From assembly GCA_963663165.1 (NCBI GenBank), contig OY760175.1, forward strand, positions 2,624,001 to 2,688,000: DNA of 64,000 nt. Direction: 5' to 3'. Numbering within the stretch: the first letter of the stretch is position 1; the number at the start of each line of letters is the position of its first letter. The position numbers and the translations under genes were made by a program. This stretch comes from an uncultured Desulfospira sp. Its GTDB lineage: Bacteria > Desulfobacterota > Desulfobacteria > Desulfobacterales > Desulfobacteraceae. Of this stretch, positions 20,117 to 31,280 are shown in pieces. Below the pieces are notes generated by a model. The model had not been told where the DNA came from and ran no database searches. It saw only the letters and a list, made by a program, of their open reading frames with translations.

Positions 20117-21388
20117 TTAAGACTTGGGCGTAAAAGATCCGGATGGGGACGCATCCGAGGTTACCGGTACGGGCGCCGCTGTGTCAGACCGGGCTGCAAC
20201 AGCGGCCTTCTGTCCGGGTTTAACCTTTAGAAGCCCCTGGACAATCACCTGTTCGGATGCGGCAAGCCCCGAAAGAACAATGCGCCTGTCTTGGGCAAGA
20301 TCGCCTAAGGTCACGGGTCGTTTTTCCACTATGCTCTCTTTGTTGAGTACATAGACGTACTCGCCTTTTTCATCGGTCATCACCGCTTTCTGGGACACTG
20401 TCAGTGCTGAATCAGCGCCCTGGCAGCCCATCTGTACGGTGACATAGGTTTCCGGAATCAGCATCCCGCCTGTGTTGTCAAAGCGGAAGAATGCGTCAAT
20501 GGTGCCGGTGGCGGCATCCATTTTATTGCCGAAGAAATCAAGGGTGCCGGTTTCGCTGTACGCTTTGCCGTTGGGCAGTTTGAGCTGAATTTTGCTGTCT
20601 GCAAGGGGGCTGTTTGCCTTTATTTCCATGAAATCCCGATCGCTCAGGGCAAACCTGACCCGCACAGGGGCCGTCTGGACAATGCTTGCCAGAACGCCTG
20701 CCCCGGGGCTGACATAGTCGCCGCAGGTCAGTTCGGCCTGGCCGATTTTGCCGTCAATGGGGGAAAGGATTTTTGTGTAGCCAAGATCAATGCGCGCCAC
20801 CTCCAGATCTGCTTTGGCCTGGCCCAGCTGGGCATTGGCCTTTTCCAGGGCCGCTTGGGCCACAAGAAGGTCGCTTTGGGCCTTATCCAGATCGGTTTTG
20901 GCCACACTGCGGACTTCAGCGGTTTTAAGTCGCTCCATATAGGTCCGGGCATAAGCCAGATCCGCCTCTGCACTTTCAAGCTGGGCCTTGGCCTGCATCA
21001 CCGAGGCCTCTTCCACCCGGACCTGGGCCTCATACTTTTGGGGGTCAATGGTGAAAAGAAGATCCCCTTTTTTAACAAGGCTGCCCTCCCTGAAGTGAAC
21101 GGTCCGGATGGTACCCGAAATCTGGGCATAAATATCAACATCCTGGATCGCTTTCACATGGCCCACATACTCCGTGACCGGGGTCTGTGACACCTCACCG
21201 ACACGGTCCACGGTCACCTGGGGGGCACCGGCTCCGGGCGCACCGGCTCCGCCCATGCCAGGAGGGCCGCCCATGCCGGGGGGGCCTCCCATGGAAGGAT
21301 TGGAGGGTATCATCCCCCGCATGTACCATCCGGCGGCCACAAAGGCCGAAAGAAACACAAAATATCCGATGTTTTTTAAAATTCGCAT
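20117..21388 (-). CDS. RND membrane-fusion protein
   Basis: [28 protein letters not shown] repeat linker. Confidence 0.92.
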   Translation of the reverse strand: MRILKNIGYFVFLSAFVAAGWYMRGMIPSNPSMGGPPGMGGPPGMGGAGAPGAGAPQVTVDRVGEVSQTPVTEYVGHVKAIQDVDIYAQISGTIRTVHFREGSLVKKGDLLFTIDPQKYEAQVRVEEASVMQAKAQLESAEADLAYARTYMERLKTAEVRSVAKTDLDKAQSDLLVAQAALEKANAQLGQAKADLEVARIDLGYTKILSPIDGKIGQAELTCGDYVSPGAGVLASIVQTAPVRVRFALSDRDFMEIKANSPLADSKIQLKLPNGKAYSETGTLDFFGNKMDAATGTIDAFFRFDNTGGMLIPETYVTVQMGCQGADSALTVSQKAVMTDEKGEYVYVLNKESIVEKRPVTLGDLAQDRRIVLSGLAASEQVIVQGLLKVKPGQKAAVAARSDTAAPVPVTSDASPSGSFTPKS

Positions 21389-21487
21389 GGTTGTCCTGTT
21401 TTTTTTATGGTTTTAAGAGACTGGATCAGGGTGATCCGTATTTAAACGTTCTGGTTTCCTGTCTGGGCATGATTGTGGGGCCGGGAC

Positions 21488-22174
21488 TCATATCCTGATA
21501 TTCAACAAGCTTTCCTGGCCGTCGCCGGAAGCGGCTTTAAGAACGGCCAATTTTGCCTGCTCAAGGCCGCCCAGGGAAAAACGGATCACATGTTCTGCAA
21601 TCCTGTCCAGCCCGGCAGTAAGAGGCTCAGGCAGCGGAAAAAGCTGGTCATCTCTAAGGCCGAAGATTGCAGGATTCATGCACTGGGCGTGAATACTCAT
21701 GGTACACAGCTGGACATCATTTTCATCGGCATCCGGCCCAAGATATTCCCGGACAATATTTTCCAGAGGCTTGAATATTTTGTCGAGATTTTCCCTGATG
21801 ACATCCGCAAGCAATCCTGTGGGGTGTGTCATTTCTGCATGGGTCATTTCAAAATCAAAACAGTCAGGATCTGTGATCCGCCGGAGCATTGAAACGGCCC
21901 AGCCCCGCAGACGGGTAGGAATATCTGCCTCCCCGGCCACTCCGCCGTCAGGCGGATAGGCTTCAATGGCGTGCTGGAATGCACTCTTCCAGGTCTCAAT
22001 ATACAGATGTTCTTTATCGCCGAAATGGTAGTTGACCGCAGCGATATTTGCGCCGGCCGTTTCGCAGATCTCGGCCACGGTTGTGGCGTGATACCCCTTT
22101 TTACTGATAATTCTGGCTGCGGCATCCAGGATTTTTTTCTGGGTTTCAATGCTCTTATTTCTCTGGGCCATCAT
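21488..22174 (-). CDS. TetR-family regulator (CecR/CerR-like)
   Basis: TTVAEIC..AGANIAAVNYHFGDKEHLY. Confidence 0.85.
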   Translation of the reverse strand: MMAQRNKSIETQKKILDAAARIISKKGYHATTVAEICETAGANIAAVNYHFGDKEHLYIETWKSAFQHAIEAYPPDGGVAGEADIPTRLRGWAVSMLRRITDPDCFDFEMTHAEMTHPTGLLADVIRENLDKIFKPLENIVREYLGPDADENDVQLCTMSIHAQCMNPAIFGLRDDQLFPLPEPLTAGLDRIAEHVIRFSLGGLEQAKLAVLKAASGDGQESLLNIRI

Positions 22175-22195
22175 TCTCCCCTTACTTTTAGTTTT

Positions 22196-22250
22196 AATTG
22201 ACTTTTTAAAATAGTTATTTGAAAAAGTCAATTGAAAAAGTCAATTGAAA
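22196..22250. promoter_or_regulatory. Palindromic operator candidate with a 13-bp tandem duplication
   Basis: AATTGACTTTTTAAAATA-GT-TATTTGAAAAAGTCAATT (17/18 IR), followed by a second GAAAAAGTCAATT. Confidence 0.6.
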
Positions 22251-22263
22251 AGAAGTTGGCTTT

Positions 22264-22902
22264 TCAAGGCACCGTCGGAACATTTTTCAAATAATCCAGA
22301 ATAAAACCAATCGTTTTGTCTACACCAACTTTCCCTGTGTTTATTGAAAGGTCGTAATTTCTTGCATCTGCCCACTCTTTTCCGGTAAATGTTTTGTTGT
22401 ATGATGCTCTTTCCCTGTCGCTTTTTTCAATCATTTTCAGGGCAGTTTCTTCCGGCATGTTATACAGTTCGCTCACTCTTTGAATGCGGAATTCACGGTC
22501 GCTAATCAGAAATATTTTCATACAATTAGGGTGGTTGCGAAGGATATGGAATCCACACCGCCCAATAATAACGGCAGGGCCTTTATCGGCAATCTGCTTA
22601 ATAATTGATTTTTCGGCTTCAAATATATTGCCGGTGGTTGGAGATACTGTCATACTGGGCGGAATATAAACCCCGGGGGCCAAAAAGCTGCTTTTTGACA
22701 CGCAGTCCCAGAATGAAGGTAATTTTTCGTCTTGTAAAGCCATCTCCTCTGCTGAAATAGAAAATTGCAAAGCCGTTTTTTTTAAAATTTCACGGTCGGC
22801 ATAATAAAAGTTCAACCTTTGGGCAAGTTGCTGTCCGGTATATGCCCCTCCACTGCCCAACTGACGGCTGATCGTGATAACTAAAGGTGCCATTTGTTTC
22901 AT
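22264..22902 (-). CDS. Cytidylate-kinase-like family protein
   Basis: VITISRQLGSGG, VIIGRCG, DRERASY, YDLSINT. Confidence 0.85.
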   Translation of the reverse strand: MKQMAPLVITISRQLGSGGAYTGQQLAQRLNFYYADREILKKTALQFSISAEEMALQDEKLPSFWDCVSKSSFLAPGVYIPPSMTVSPTTGNIFEAEKSIIKQIADKGPAVIIGRCGFHILRNHPNCMKIFLISDREFRIQRVSELYNMPEETALKMIEKSDRERASYNKTFTGKEWADARNYDLSINTGKVGVDKTIGFILDYLKNVPTVP

Positions 22903-22933
22903 TTTTGCCCCTTTCTTGTTCTTAGTTGTTTTT

Positions 22934-24400
22934 TTAAACAAATCTGTTTCGCCGTTTAATAAAAAATGACAAAATCAAGCCTATGGCAGCCATAACAAGG
23001 GCTGCTGTAAATGCCGCATTTGCACCCTGGATAGTCAGCAGGCGTTGCTGCAAAATATTGGGGACGGCGCTTTTCTCAAAATGACCGGTATGCGCCCCCA
23101 TTAATCCGATAAAAAGAGAAGACCCAAACGCTGCGGCCACCTGTTGTACCGTATTTAATATGGCCACCCCGTGAACCATTTCGTTTCCGGGAAGCTGGTT
23201 GAGAGAATTGGTTTGTGCCGGGGTAATAATCAACGATACGCCCAGTGTCATTAAAACCTGCAAAGAGATAAGTGTTGCCAATACGGTTTCTTTGGAAATG
23301 CACGATAAAAAGAACATTGCAGCGGTTAAAATTGCAAAGCCGACCAGTACAAGCGATTTTGCCCCTATCCTGTCATAAGCCCGTCCGGATGCCGGTATGG
23401 CGATGAGGTTTAACGCCCCCCCCGGCAAAAGTGCCAGCCCGGCAGTAAACGGAGTTACTCCCAGCACATTTTGCATATAAGTTGGCAAAATAATGTTTAC
23501 GGCAAAAGGCATCATAAACGATATAAACAAAGCGGCTGTACCTAATGCAAACATAGGGTGTCGAAATACCCGCAGTTCCAGCATAGGATTTTCCAATGCC
23601 AACTGCCGCTTTGAAAAAACAAACAGTCCGGCAACCCCGCACAGTAATGAAACAATCACCGAAGTATTTCTCAGTCCCAATGTCTCAACAGATGCAAGCC
23701 CGAATATCAGTCCGCCAAAACCGATGGTGGAGAACAGGATGGAGAGCTCGTCAATTCTGGGTTTTGTCAATGTCGAAAAATTTTTCAGAAAAACAGATCC
23801 TGTTACAATTGCAAGAACGGCAAAAGGCAGCATTGAGAAAAACAACCATCGCCATTCCATGTGTTGCAGGATAAGTCCCGACAAGGTAGGCCCTATGCCC
23901 GGCGCGGCAATTACCACCATCATGCAAATCCCCATAGCTGCGCCTCGTTTGGCCGGAGGAAAAATGACCATCATGGTATCCATCATAATGGGTAGCAGCA
24001 TTCCGGTTCCTGCACCCTGCAAAACTCTTGAAACCAGTACAAACGCAAAATTGGGGGCAATGCCGCATAATATTGTTCCAGTAAAAAACAAGAGCATTGC
24101 AAACAAGTAAAGCTTTTTGGTAGGAAAGGTTTTTATCAAAAATGCAGTAACGGGCACCAAAATGCCGATGATCAGCAGGTAGGCAGTACCAAGCCATTGA
24201 ACAGTGCCAAGCGATACGTTTAAGCTTTCCATCAGTTGGGGAAAAGCCACGTTTAGAATTGTTTCGTTCAGCAATGCAATAAAGCCGCCAATAAGCAATG
24301 GAGTCATTATTAGAACCTGCTGTTTCAGACTTAACTCCTCTTGTTTTTTATGTGGATGAGGTGTGCGTTCCGGTACCATTTCATCAAAAGTGTCATTCAT
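22934..24400 (-). CDS. DHA2-family MFS efflux permease (LmrB/EmrB-like)
   Basis: LNETILNVAFP, RVLQGAG, GPTLSG; multiple hydrophobic helices. Confidence 0.9.
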   Translation of the reverse strand: MNDTFDEMVPERTPHPHKKQEELSLKQQVLIMTPLLIGGFIALLNETILNVAFPQLMESLNVSLGTVQWLGTAYLLIIGILVPVTAFLIKTFPTKKLYLFAMLLFFTGTILCGIAPNFAFVLVSRVLQGAGTGMLLPIMMDTMMVIFPPAKRGAAMGICMMVVIAAPGIGPTLSGLILQHMEWRWLFFSMLPFAVLAIVTGSVFLKNFSTLTKPRIDELSILFSTIGFGGLIFGLASVETLGLRNTSVIVSLLCGVAGLFVFSKRQLALENPMLELRVFRHPMFALGTAALFISFMMPFAVNIILPTYMQNVLGVTPFTAGLALLPGGALNLIAIPASGRAYDRIGAKSLVLVGFAILTAAMFFLSCISKETVLATLISLQVLMTLGVSLIITPAQTNSLNQLPGNEMVHGVAILNTVQQVAAAFGSSLFIGLMGAHTGHFEKSAVPNILQQRLLTIQGANAAFTAALVMAAIGLILSFFIKRRNRFV

Positions 24401-24402
24401 TT

Positions 24403-25197
24403 TTATTCTTCACCGAAGCCTTTCTTTTGGCCAAGTTTCACAATCAGTTCTGTTTCGTATTGCAGATAATCTTTCAAATCGCGTTGGTTGTAATTGGCTA
24501 GTTTTTTGATTCCCATCAAGGTGTCAGGGGCAAGGCTGTTGTAATAGCTGGCCACTTCCATTGCCCGGTTCTCTAAATCTTGCGAATCCACAGCTTCATT
24601 GGCAATATTGGCAGCCAGGGCTTCCGACGAAGAGATATACCGTTGAAGCAGATATTGTTTTGCTTTTGCCTCTCCAATGGTTTTGCTCAGAAAATAAGCT
24701 GGCCCGCCTTTGGGAAGCATGCCTATTTCCTGATAAATATTATGAAAAACTGTGTCATTGGTGATTATGCGATAATCACAACTTAACGAGATATTCATAA
24801 ACAGGGAGATAACGTCGCCGGTACAGATGTGAATAAACATTTTATCCATGGACCGGATGGCCAGAACGGTCTGATCCACGATGTTGCAGAAACGGTGCAG
24901 CTCATAGCGGTTCATGGTGTTGGAAAAGCCGAAATGCCCCAGTTCCTGTTCCGGGCAGTCAAATAGAAAAAAGCGCAGGTATTCATCATGGCCCGATTCG
25001 CTGAATGCGGAATGCATAACCACCGTGCGGATTTCCCGGTCTGCCGCAAGTTCGGTAAAATACTCCTGCAGGAAGTCGTTTCGGTCGAAACATTGCAGGT
25101 TGTGAAAAAAATTTCCGGAGAATTTCAGCCACAGGGTTTCATCATGGAACTCGGAAACAAAGAAACCTGGATAAGAAATTATAAAATCACTCTTCAT
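24403..25197 (-). CDS. Divergent enoyl-CoA hydratase/isomerase-fold protein
   Basis: LSCDYRI, IGMLPKGG, SSEALAANIANEAV; lacks the GGG oxyanion motif and canonical Glu residues. Confidence 0.65.
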   Translation of the reverse strand: MKSDFIISYPGFFVSEFHDETLWLKFSGNFFHNLQCFDRNDFLQEYFTELAADREIRTVVMHSAFSESGHDEYLRFFLFDCPEQELGHFGFSNTMNRYELHRFCNIVDQTVLAIRSMDKMFIHICTGDVISLFMNISLSCDYRIITNDTVFHNIYQEIGMLPKGGPAYFLSKTIGEAKAKQYLLQRYISSSEALAANIANEAVDSQDLENRAMEVASYYNSLAPDTLMGIKKLANYNQRDLKDYLQYETELIVKLGQKKGFGEE

Positions 25198-25208
25198 GGT
25201 GTCACTCC

Positions 25209-26573
25209 TTATTGCATTGTAAGCGCTTCAGTTGACATTTCAGTTTCAAGGGTATGTCCAACGGCGTGTTCCAGTGCCGCAAGTGCATCCAGATATCCGT
25301 ACAGCGCCTGATAATAGTTGGTCCGGGCACCTGTCAGGTCGGTCTGGGCATCCAGCACTTCAGTGGAAATTGCCGCTTCCTGACGATACGCCAATTGGGT
25401 AATCCGCATATTTTCCTGAGCCTGAGCCAGGGTTACCTTTGAGGTCTTCACATTGTGCTGCGCCACGCCCAGGTCAAGCCAGGCTCTTTTTATCTCAACA
25501 CAAATCTGATCCTGCACCTGTCTTATCGTCTGATCATAGGAACGTTTTGCTGATACGGCCTTGCCCACATTGGATCGGGTTTTAAAGCCATCGAAAAGTT
25601 GCCAGGAGGCTTGCAAACTAAGGGACGCATTATGATCATTCTCATAATCATTATTATCTGCTATGGGGCTGTCACCATTTTGCCAATAGCTGCCAACCAG
25701 AGAAACCGTTGGGTAATAACTGCTCTTCTCAAGCTTTACCGCCTTTTCCAGGCTCTCGCTCACCAGGGTCATGGCCTGCAGTTGTGGCCTTTGGGCAAGC
25801 CCCGATGCCATCAGGTCCGAAAGAGTCGAATGGATTAATCCGATACTGTCCACCTGTTCCACCTGGGTATCTGCGTTGATATCCCGTGCCAGCCAGCGGT
25901 TGAGTTCTGCCCTGGCGGTGTCCACATCCGCACGGTTGCGCTCTCTTTGCTGAAGTGCATCGGAAAGCGCAACCTTTGCCCGGAGCAAATCGTTTTGTCT
26001 GATAATCCCATACTTGTAAAACCGCTGGGCATCATCTTCATGGGATTGTAAGGTGGTTACTGCCTCATCAGCGGTTAAAAGAATCTTGTCGGCAAGCAGC
26101 AGATGGTAATAGGCGGCTTTTACGCCGCGGGTAAGGTCAAGAAAGACCTGTTCCTTCTCCTTTTTGCTGACCTCCACACCTATTTGGGCAATTTCATGCT
26201 GGCAGGAGACAGCAAAACCCGTGAACAGCGGTTGCACCACTGCCACACCCCAGCCATATTGGGTGTCATGAGCGACCTGCACATTCTTGCCATTTTGCAC
26301 TTGATAAATATGGTCCGCCATTTGCGTTATGGCATAATTTACCGACAGATTGGGCATATATCCTGACTTCGCACTTTTTTCAGTGAATTGTGCGCCTGTA
26401 ATATCTTCCAGAGCTTTTCTGCCCATGGGATTGTGCTCCCGGGCAATCTGGATGGCCTCATCCAAAGAGAGCTGCCCGTTTTGAGCGGCATCAGCAGGGG
26501 GCAGCGTTAGCACCCCCCACCCAGCCAGGACCAGAACACCATACAAATATATATAAAAATTGAATCGTTTCAT
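25209..26573 (-). CDS. TolC-family outer-membrane protein
   Basis: LSLDEAIQIA, QPLFTGF, WQLFDGF, EVLDAQ. Confidence 0.9.
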   Translation of the reverse strand: MKRFNFYIYLYGVLVLAGWGVLTLPPADAAQNGQLSLDEAIQIAREHNPMGRKALEDITGAQFTEKSAKSGYMPNLSVNYAITQMADHIYQVQNGKNVQVAHDTQYGWGVAVVQPLFTGFAVSCQHEIAQIGVEVSKKEKEQVFLDLTRGVKAAYYHLLLADKILLTADEAVTTLQSHEDDAQRFYKYGIIRQNDLLRAKVALSDALQQRERNRADVDTARAELNRWLARDINADTQVEQVDSIGLIHSTLSDLMASGLAQRPQLQAMTLVSESLEKAVKLEKSSYYPTVSLVGSYWQNGDSPIADNNDYENDHNASLSLQASWQLFDGFKTRSNVGKAVSAKRSYDQTIRQVQDQICVEIKRAWLDLGVAQHNVKTSKVTLAQAQENMRITQLAYRQEAAISTEVLDAQTDLTGARTNYYQALYGYLDALAALEHAVGHTLETEMSTEALTMQ

Positions 26574-26592
26574 TGCTGATTTCCTTTGTTAA

Positions 26593-29500
26593 TCATTCTG
26601 TGCATTCCAGTTGTTCCTGCCTGATTTTCAGGTTTTTCCGCCGTTTTTTCCCACGGGGCTGCAAAACAACCCAGTAAAGTACCGGCATAACCAGCAGGGT
26701 CAGTGCCATGCCGAAAACAAGACCGGCTGACAGGACTGAACCCAGCGGTGCCCACAGCAAAGAGCCGCTGATGATCATGGGAACAACCCCCATTGCCGCA
26801 GCCATTGCCGTTAAAAATACCGGGCGCATACGCCGTTTTCCCGCCTGTATTGCAATGTTTTTCAACGGCTCGTCAGGGTCGGCTGCGGCAAGTTTGTCTG
26901 CATATTCCACCAGGATAATGCCGTTTCTCACCACCAGGCCGGAGAGGCTTATCAGCCCGATAAAACCGGTGAAGCTCACTGGATTGCCGGTGATAAAAAG
27001 CCCCAGAAAGGCTCCGAACCAGCTCATGGGAATTGCAGCCATGATGATCAATGTCTTGCGGATGCCCTTGAACTGGAAGAGCAGCACCATGAAGATGAGA
27101 ACCAGGCTGGTGAGCAACGACGCCCCCTGCTGCCCCATAACCGTTTTCTGATCCTCGATCTCACCGCCGTAGCTGATGGTCATGCCCTTGGGCAGATTGA
27201 TGGCGGCGACCTGGGGCATGATCTCGCCCAGGATGTCATTGGGCATGCGTCCCAACTGGGCCTCACTGCGCACGGTCATGCAGCGCATGCCGTTACGGCG
27301 GCGGATACGACCATTCTGCCATTCCGGCTCCAGGGTGGCCAGCTGCCTGAGCGGGACCCTGACTCCGGTCGCAGGAGACACCAGATAGGTGTTGTCCAGA
27401 TCCTCAAAGGTGCTGCGCTTTTCTTTGTCCAGGCGCAGCAGGAGGGTAACCGGATTATCGCCTTCCCAGAGAACCGATACAGGCAAGCCCTTGAAACCGC
27501 CGCCCAGTGCCCGGGCAACATCCTGGGTGGTAAAACCCAATCGGTTGGCGACCTCTTCGTCGACCTGGATGCGGATGCCGTAATAGTCCTGTTCAAAGGT
27601 GGTGCGGATGAAGTTGGTGCCTTTGGTCTTTTTCAGGATGTCGCTGACCTTGGCACCGATATGACGGATCTGTTCAAGATCACGCCCATATACCCGCACC
27701 TCGATGGGTGCGTCCACCGGCGGCCCCTGGCCAAGTTGTTTAATGAGGATTTCGCCGTTGGGCAGATAGTTGTGCAGCTGATGCAGATATAGCCTGACCA
27801 GTTCGTTGGTGTCCTCTACCGTGCGGGTCTGAATAAGGATCTGGGCATAGTTTTTCTCATCCTGCTGCGGTGCATAGGTCATATAGAAGCGTGGCGATGC
27901 GGTGCCGATGAAGCTGGTCACCTCGACAATACGTTCGTCTTTTTTAAGTATTGCCTCAAGTTTTCGTACTGCCGCATCGGTTGCTTCCAGCCGGGTGCCC
28001 CTGTCCATATAGATTTCAAAGCAGAACTGGTTGCGCTCGGCATAGGGGAACAGGCGCACCGGTACATGCTTGGCGACAAAGACCGTGCCCACTACCGCCA
28101 GGATGCCAAAGAGCACGGTGAGTACCGGCATCTTGAAGGCCAGCCCGAGGAGCCCGTCGTAGCCTTTTTGCACCAGATCAAGAAAACTCAAGCGCTTTTT
28201 CTTGCTGCCTGCCGAATGCAGCCCGGTTTTGATGAGCACATGGCAGAGCAGCGGGATAAGCAGAACCGCCACAACCATTGAAATGATCAGGGCCACGGTG
28301 ACCGCGATGGGCAAAGCGCGCAGAAATTCTCCGGCGTTGCCCGAAACGATCAGGTTCAGCGGGATAAAGGCGCAGATAATGGCAAGGGTGGCGGCAAAGA
28401 CCGGCACAAACAGATCAGTGGCACTTTTCAAGGCCGCCTGCCAGGTACTCTCGCCCTGATCGAGCCGCTCCACATAGTCATCGACAATAACAATGGCGTT
28501 GTCCACCACCATGCCCAGCACCACAATCAGGCCGGCCAGGGTCATCTGCTGCAGGTTGATATGGAAAAATTCGAGAAAGCCAAAGGTGATCATGATGGTA
28601 ATGGGGATCGCCATGGCTGCGACCAGTGCCACCCGGATGGGCAGCAGCAGCACGGTGACCAGGATAACCGCCACAATGGCGATGGCGAACTCCTTCATGA
28701 AATGGTTGATGTTCTCTTCAACCACCAGGGGCTGGTCAATGGTCTTGCGCACCGTCACATCCGGCGGGATTTGATCCCTTGCCAGAGCCAGCTGCCTGTC
28801 CACCTTTTCCCCGAATTCAACAATGTTAAAGCCGTTCTGCATCTCCACAGACAGGATCAGGGTTTTAGTGCCGTTGAGGCGGATCATTGAATCCGGCTCC
28901 TCATAGCGGCGCTGCACCTTGGCAACATCTTTCAGCCGCACGATACCGTCTTTTTTCGAGGTGTAGATGATCTGGTTTTCAACCTGCTGGATGGAGGTAT
29001 ACAGGCTGCTGGTATGCAGCGGAATCTCTGAATTGCCGTTTTTGATCTCACCGGCATAGGTGATCGTATTCATGGATTGCAGCGCACCTGCCACCTGTTC
29101 CTGGGTCACGCCGAAGCGCGCCATCTTGGCGGAATCGGTGGTGACATAGATCTGTTCATCCTGCTCACCGTATCGTTTGAGCTTGGATACCTCGGGCAGC
29201 GGACGCAGCTCGTCCTCAACGATTTCCAGATAATCGCGCAGCTCCTTGTAGCCGTGGCGGTCAGAGGAAATGGCGATCAGAAGAGCTACGGTATCACCAA
29301 AATCGCTGTTGATGATCGGGCCTATAACCCCGGCCGGCAGGGAGGATTTCAGCTCAATGAGGTCATGGCGCGCCTTGGACCAGAACTTTTCCTTGTTCGT
29401 GACCCATTCCTGCAATTCGACCTGAATAACCATCTCGCCATCCCTGGTGGTGGATTCGGTCTCGTCTTTTTTGACCTCTTCATAACGAAAGAGCTGATTT

Positions 29501-29703
29501 TCCACCTTCTTGGTGACCTGTTCCTCCATTTCAAGGGCGGTTGCACCGGGATATTGCATGATAACCAGCCCCTGGCGGATGGTCATCTTGGGATCTTCTC
29601 TTCTGGGCATGTGCTGCAGGGAATGAATACCCGCCACAACCAGGATCATGGTCAAAAGCAGGGTGATCTGCTTATGTTTGAGGGCACCTTCAAATAATCT
29701 CAT
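26593..29703 (-). CDS. RND efflux pump
   Basis: MPRREDP, LGMVVDNAIV, RNGIILVE, RMRPVFLT. Confidence 0.93.
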   Translation of the reverse strand: MRLFEGALKHKQITLLLTMILVVAGIHSLQHMPRREDPKMTIRQGLVIMQYPGATALEMEEQVTKKVENQLFRYEEVKKDETESTTRDGEMVIQVELQEWVTNKEKFWSKARHDLIELKSSLPAGVIGPIINSDFGDTVALLIAISSDRHGYKELRDYLEIVEDELRPLPEVSKLKRYGEQDEQIYVTTDSAKMARFGVTQEQVAGALQSMNTITYAGEIKNGNSEIPLHTSSLYTSIQQVENQIIYTSKKDGIVRLKDVAKVQRRYEEPDSMIRLNGTKTLILSVEMQNGFNIVEFGEKVDRQLALARDQIPPDVTVRKTIDQPLVVEENINHFMKEFAIAIVAVILVTVLLLPIRVALVAAMAIPITIMITFGFLEFFHINLQQMTLAGLIVVLGMVVDNAIVIVDDYVERLDQGESTWQAALKSATDLFVPVFAATLAIICAFIPLNLIVSGNAGEFLRALPIAVTVALIISMVVAVLLIPLLCHVLIKTGLHSAGSKKKRLSFLDLVQKGYDGLLGLAFKMPVLTVLFGILAVVGTVFVAKHVPVRLFPYAERNQFCFEIYMDRGTRLEATDAAVRKLEAILKKDERIVEVTSFIGTASPRFYMTYAPQQDEKNYAQILIQTRTVEDTNELVRLYLHQLHNYLPNGEILIKQLGQGPPVDAPIEVRVYGRDLEQIRHIGAKVSDILKKTKGTNFIRTTFEQDYYGIRIQVDEEVANRLGFTTQDVARALGGGFKGLPVSVLWEGDNPVTLLLRLDKEKRSTFEDLDNTYLVSPATGVRVPLRQLATLEPEWQNGRIRRRNGMRCMTVRSEAQLGRMPNDILGEIMPQVAAINLPKGMTISYGGEIEDQKTVMGQQGASLLTSLVLIFMVLLFQFKGIRKTLIIMAAIPMSWFGAFLGLFITGNPVSFTGFIGLISLSGLVVRNGIILVEYADKLAAADPDEPLKNIAIQAGKRRMRPVFLTAMAAAMGVVPMIISGSLLWAPLGSVLSAGLVFGMALTLLVMPVLYWVVLQPRGKKRRKNLKIRQEQLECTE

Positions 29704-30833
29704 TGCCGGACCTCCCTTGTGGTCAGATCAGAAGGCGAGGTTTCCTGTTCAGCCGAAAGCAGGGTTACCGCAGTGCCGTCAGCAAGTTTATTCTGACCTG
29801 CGACAACAATTAATTCACCGGCTTTTAAGCCATCACGGATCACAATGCCGTCTTTGTATGCGTTGCCCGGGGTAACGCGCCGCAGATGGGCTGTTTTGCT
29901 GTGTTGATCCACAACAAAAACATAGGTGATGGTATCGGCGTCACGGACAATGGCAACGCCTGGGACAGTGAGCACGGTAAGGGGGCGGTCGCACTGGATA
30001 TTGGTCTGTGCGATCATGCCGGGACGCAGCAGCAGATCCTGATTCTGAAGCTCTACCTTGACCGGATAGGTGCGGGCCTGCACATCGGCAACCGCCCCGA
30101 TCATAGTGACTTTTCCGGTAAAGGTCCTGCCTTGAAGAGCAGAGATGGAAACCTGGGCCGCTTTGCCCATGGTGACCTGATCAATCTCGGTTTCCGGAAC
30201 CGGCACCCTGGCATAGATCAGATCGGTTTTGACGATGGTAAAGGCAGGCGACTGGGCGGAAACCATCTGCCCAAGCTCAATGCTCTTACTGCCGACAATG
30301 CCGGTAATGGGGGAATAAAGGCGGGTATCCTTGAGTGCCTTGGCAGCAATGTTTCGGGCTGCCCTGGCCTCGGCCAGGTTGGCTTTAAGCTCGATGATGT
30401 TTTTTTCAGCGAACGCGCCTTCCTTGTAGAGCGGTTCATAGCGTTTATAGGCGTCACTGGCTCGAAGCACCGCAGCCTCTGCCATATCCAGGCTGTTTTT
30501 ATAATCCTGGGACTCAATGGTCGCCAGCAGATCACCCTTGTTTACCTTATCTCCCTCATCCACCTTGACCATATCCACCCGGCCTGGAACCAGGAAACCC
30601 AGCGGTGCGGTTTTGTCTGCCACCAGTGTGCCACTCACGGAAATGACATTGTTCGTCATCACTTCTTTGACTGGCTGAACAGTGACCGGGATTTCCTTAG
30701 GCAGGCTTTCCACCACTGATTCGGTTTTTTCCGATTTACAGCCACTAAGGCTTAAGCAGAGCAGCGCACTGCTCAATACCCAGAGAACTACAAAAAATTG
30801 TCTGAAACGCAAAACTCTCTCCTTTTTATTCAC
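29700..30833 (-). CDS. RND membrane-fusion protein
   Basis: Lipobox-like LSGC; EGDKVNKGDLLA, LRPGM. Confidence 0.9.
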   Translation of the reverse strand: MNKKERVLRFRQFFVVLWVLSSALLCLSLSGCKSEKTESVVESLPKEIPVTVQPVKEVMTNNVISVSGTLVADKTAPLGFLVPGRVDMVKVDEGDKVNKGDLLATIESQDYKNSLDMAEAAVLRASDAYKRYEPLYKEGAFAEKNIIELKANLAEARAARNIAAKALKDTRLYSPITGIVGSKSIELGQMVSAQSPAFTIVKTDLIYARVPVPETEIDQVTMGKAAQVSISALQGRTFTGKVTMIGAVADVQARTYPVKVELQNQDLLLRPGMIAQTNIQCDRPLTVLTVPGVAIVRDADTITYVFVVDQHSKTAHLRRVTPGNAYKDGIVIRDGLKAGELIVVAGQNKLADGTAVTLLSAEQETSPSDLTTREVRQ

Positions 30834-30901
30834 TGTTTTTTTTCTCCTGCTTCTTGAATAGTATGAGACGCCGTGCTCAAATTTCCTGCAAAAGCCTGCG
30901 C

Positions 30902-31189
30902 CTATCTTCCTGCCTCAACCCATACGTTGTGATCAACAAGGGCAAAGGGGCGCAACAGCTCTGCCAGTTTCACGCCAAGTTCGCTTTTCCCTTTGGGTTT
31001 TTGAGTGCCAGTCCAGTTCAGATGAATGGACCAGTCATTTTCAATCAGGTTATTGCGATAGATCATCAACTTCACTTGTGGTTTCATTTTCGAATTCACC
31101 TGGGAGTGAATGTCGCCAAACAGTTCATTTATCGCCCTGTGTGCAGATGGATCCGCCATACGGGCGTTGATTATTTCCATCCATTGCAT
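30902..31189 (-). CDS. Hypothetical protein (95 aa), first gene of the sigma-54 operon
   Basis: MQWMEIINAR... with GGAG RBS; the longer ORF start overlaps the sigma-54 promoter and is rejected. Confidence 0.7.
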   Translation of the reverse strand: MQWMEIINARMADPSAHRAINELFGDIHSQVNSKMKPQVKLMIYRNNLIENDWSIHLNWTGTQKPKGKSELGVKLAELLRPFALVDHNVWVEAGR

Positions 31190-31280
31190 ATTGCATCTCC
31201 TGTTGTGTTGGACTCTTAAGTAGCCCACTTTGTACCTTTGCCTGCAAGGTGATCGCCTAACAACTTGATAATATCTACTG

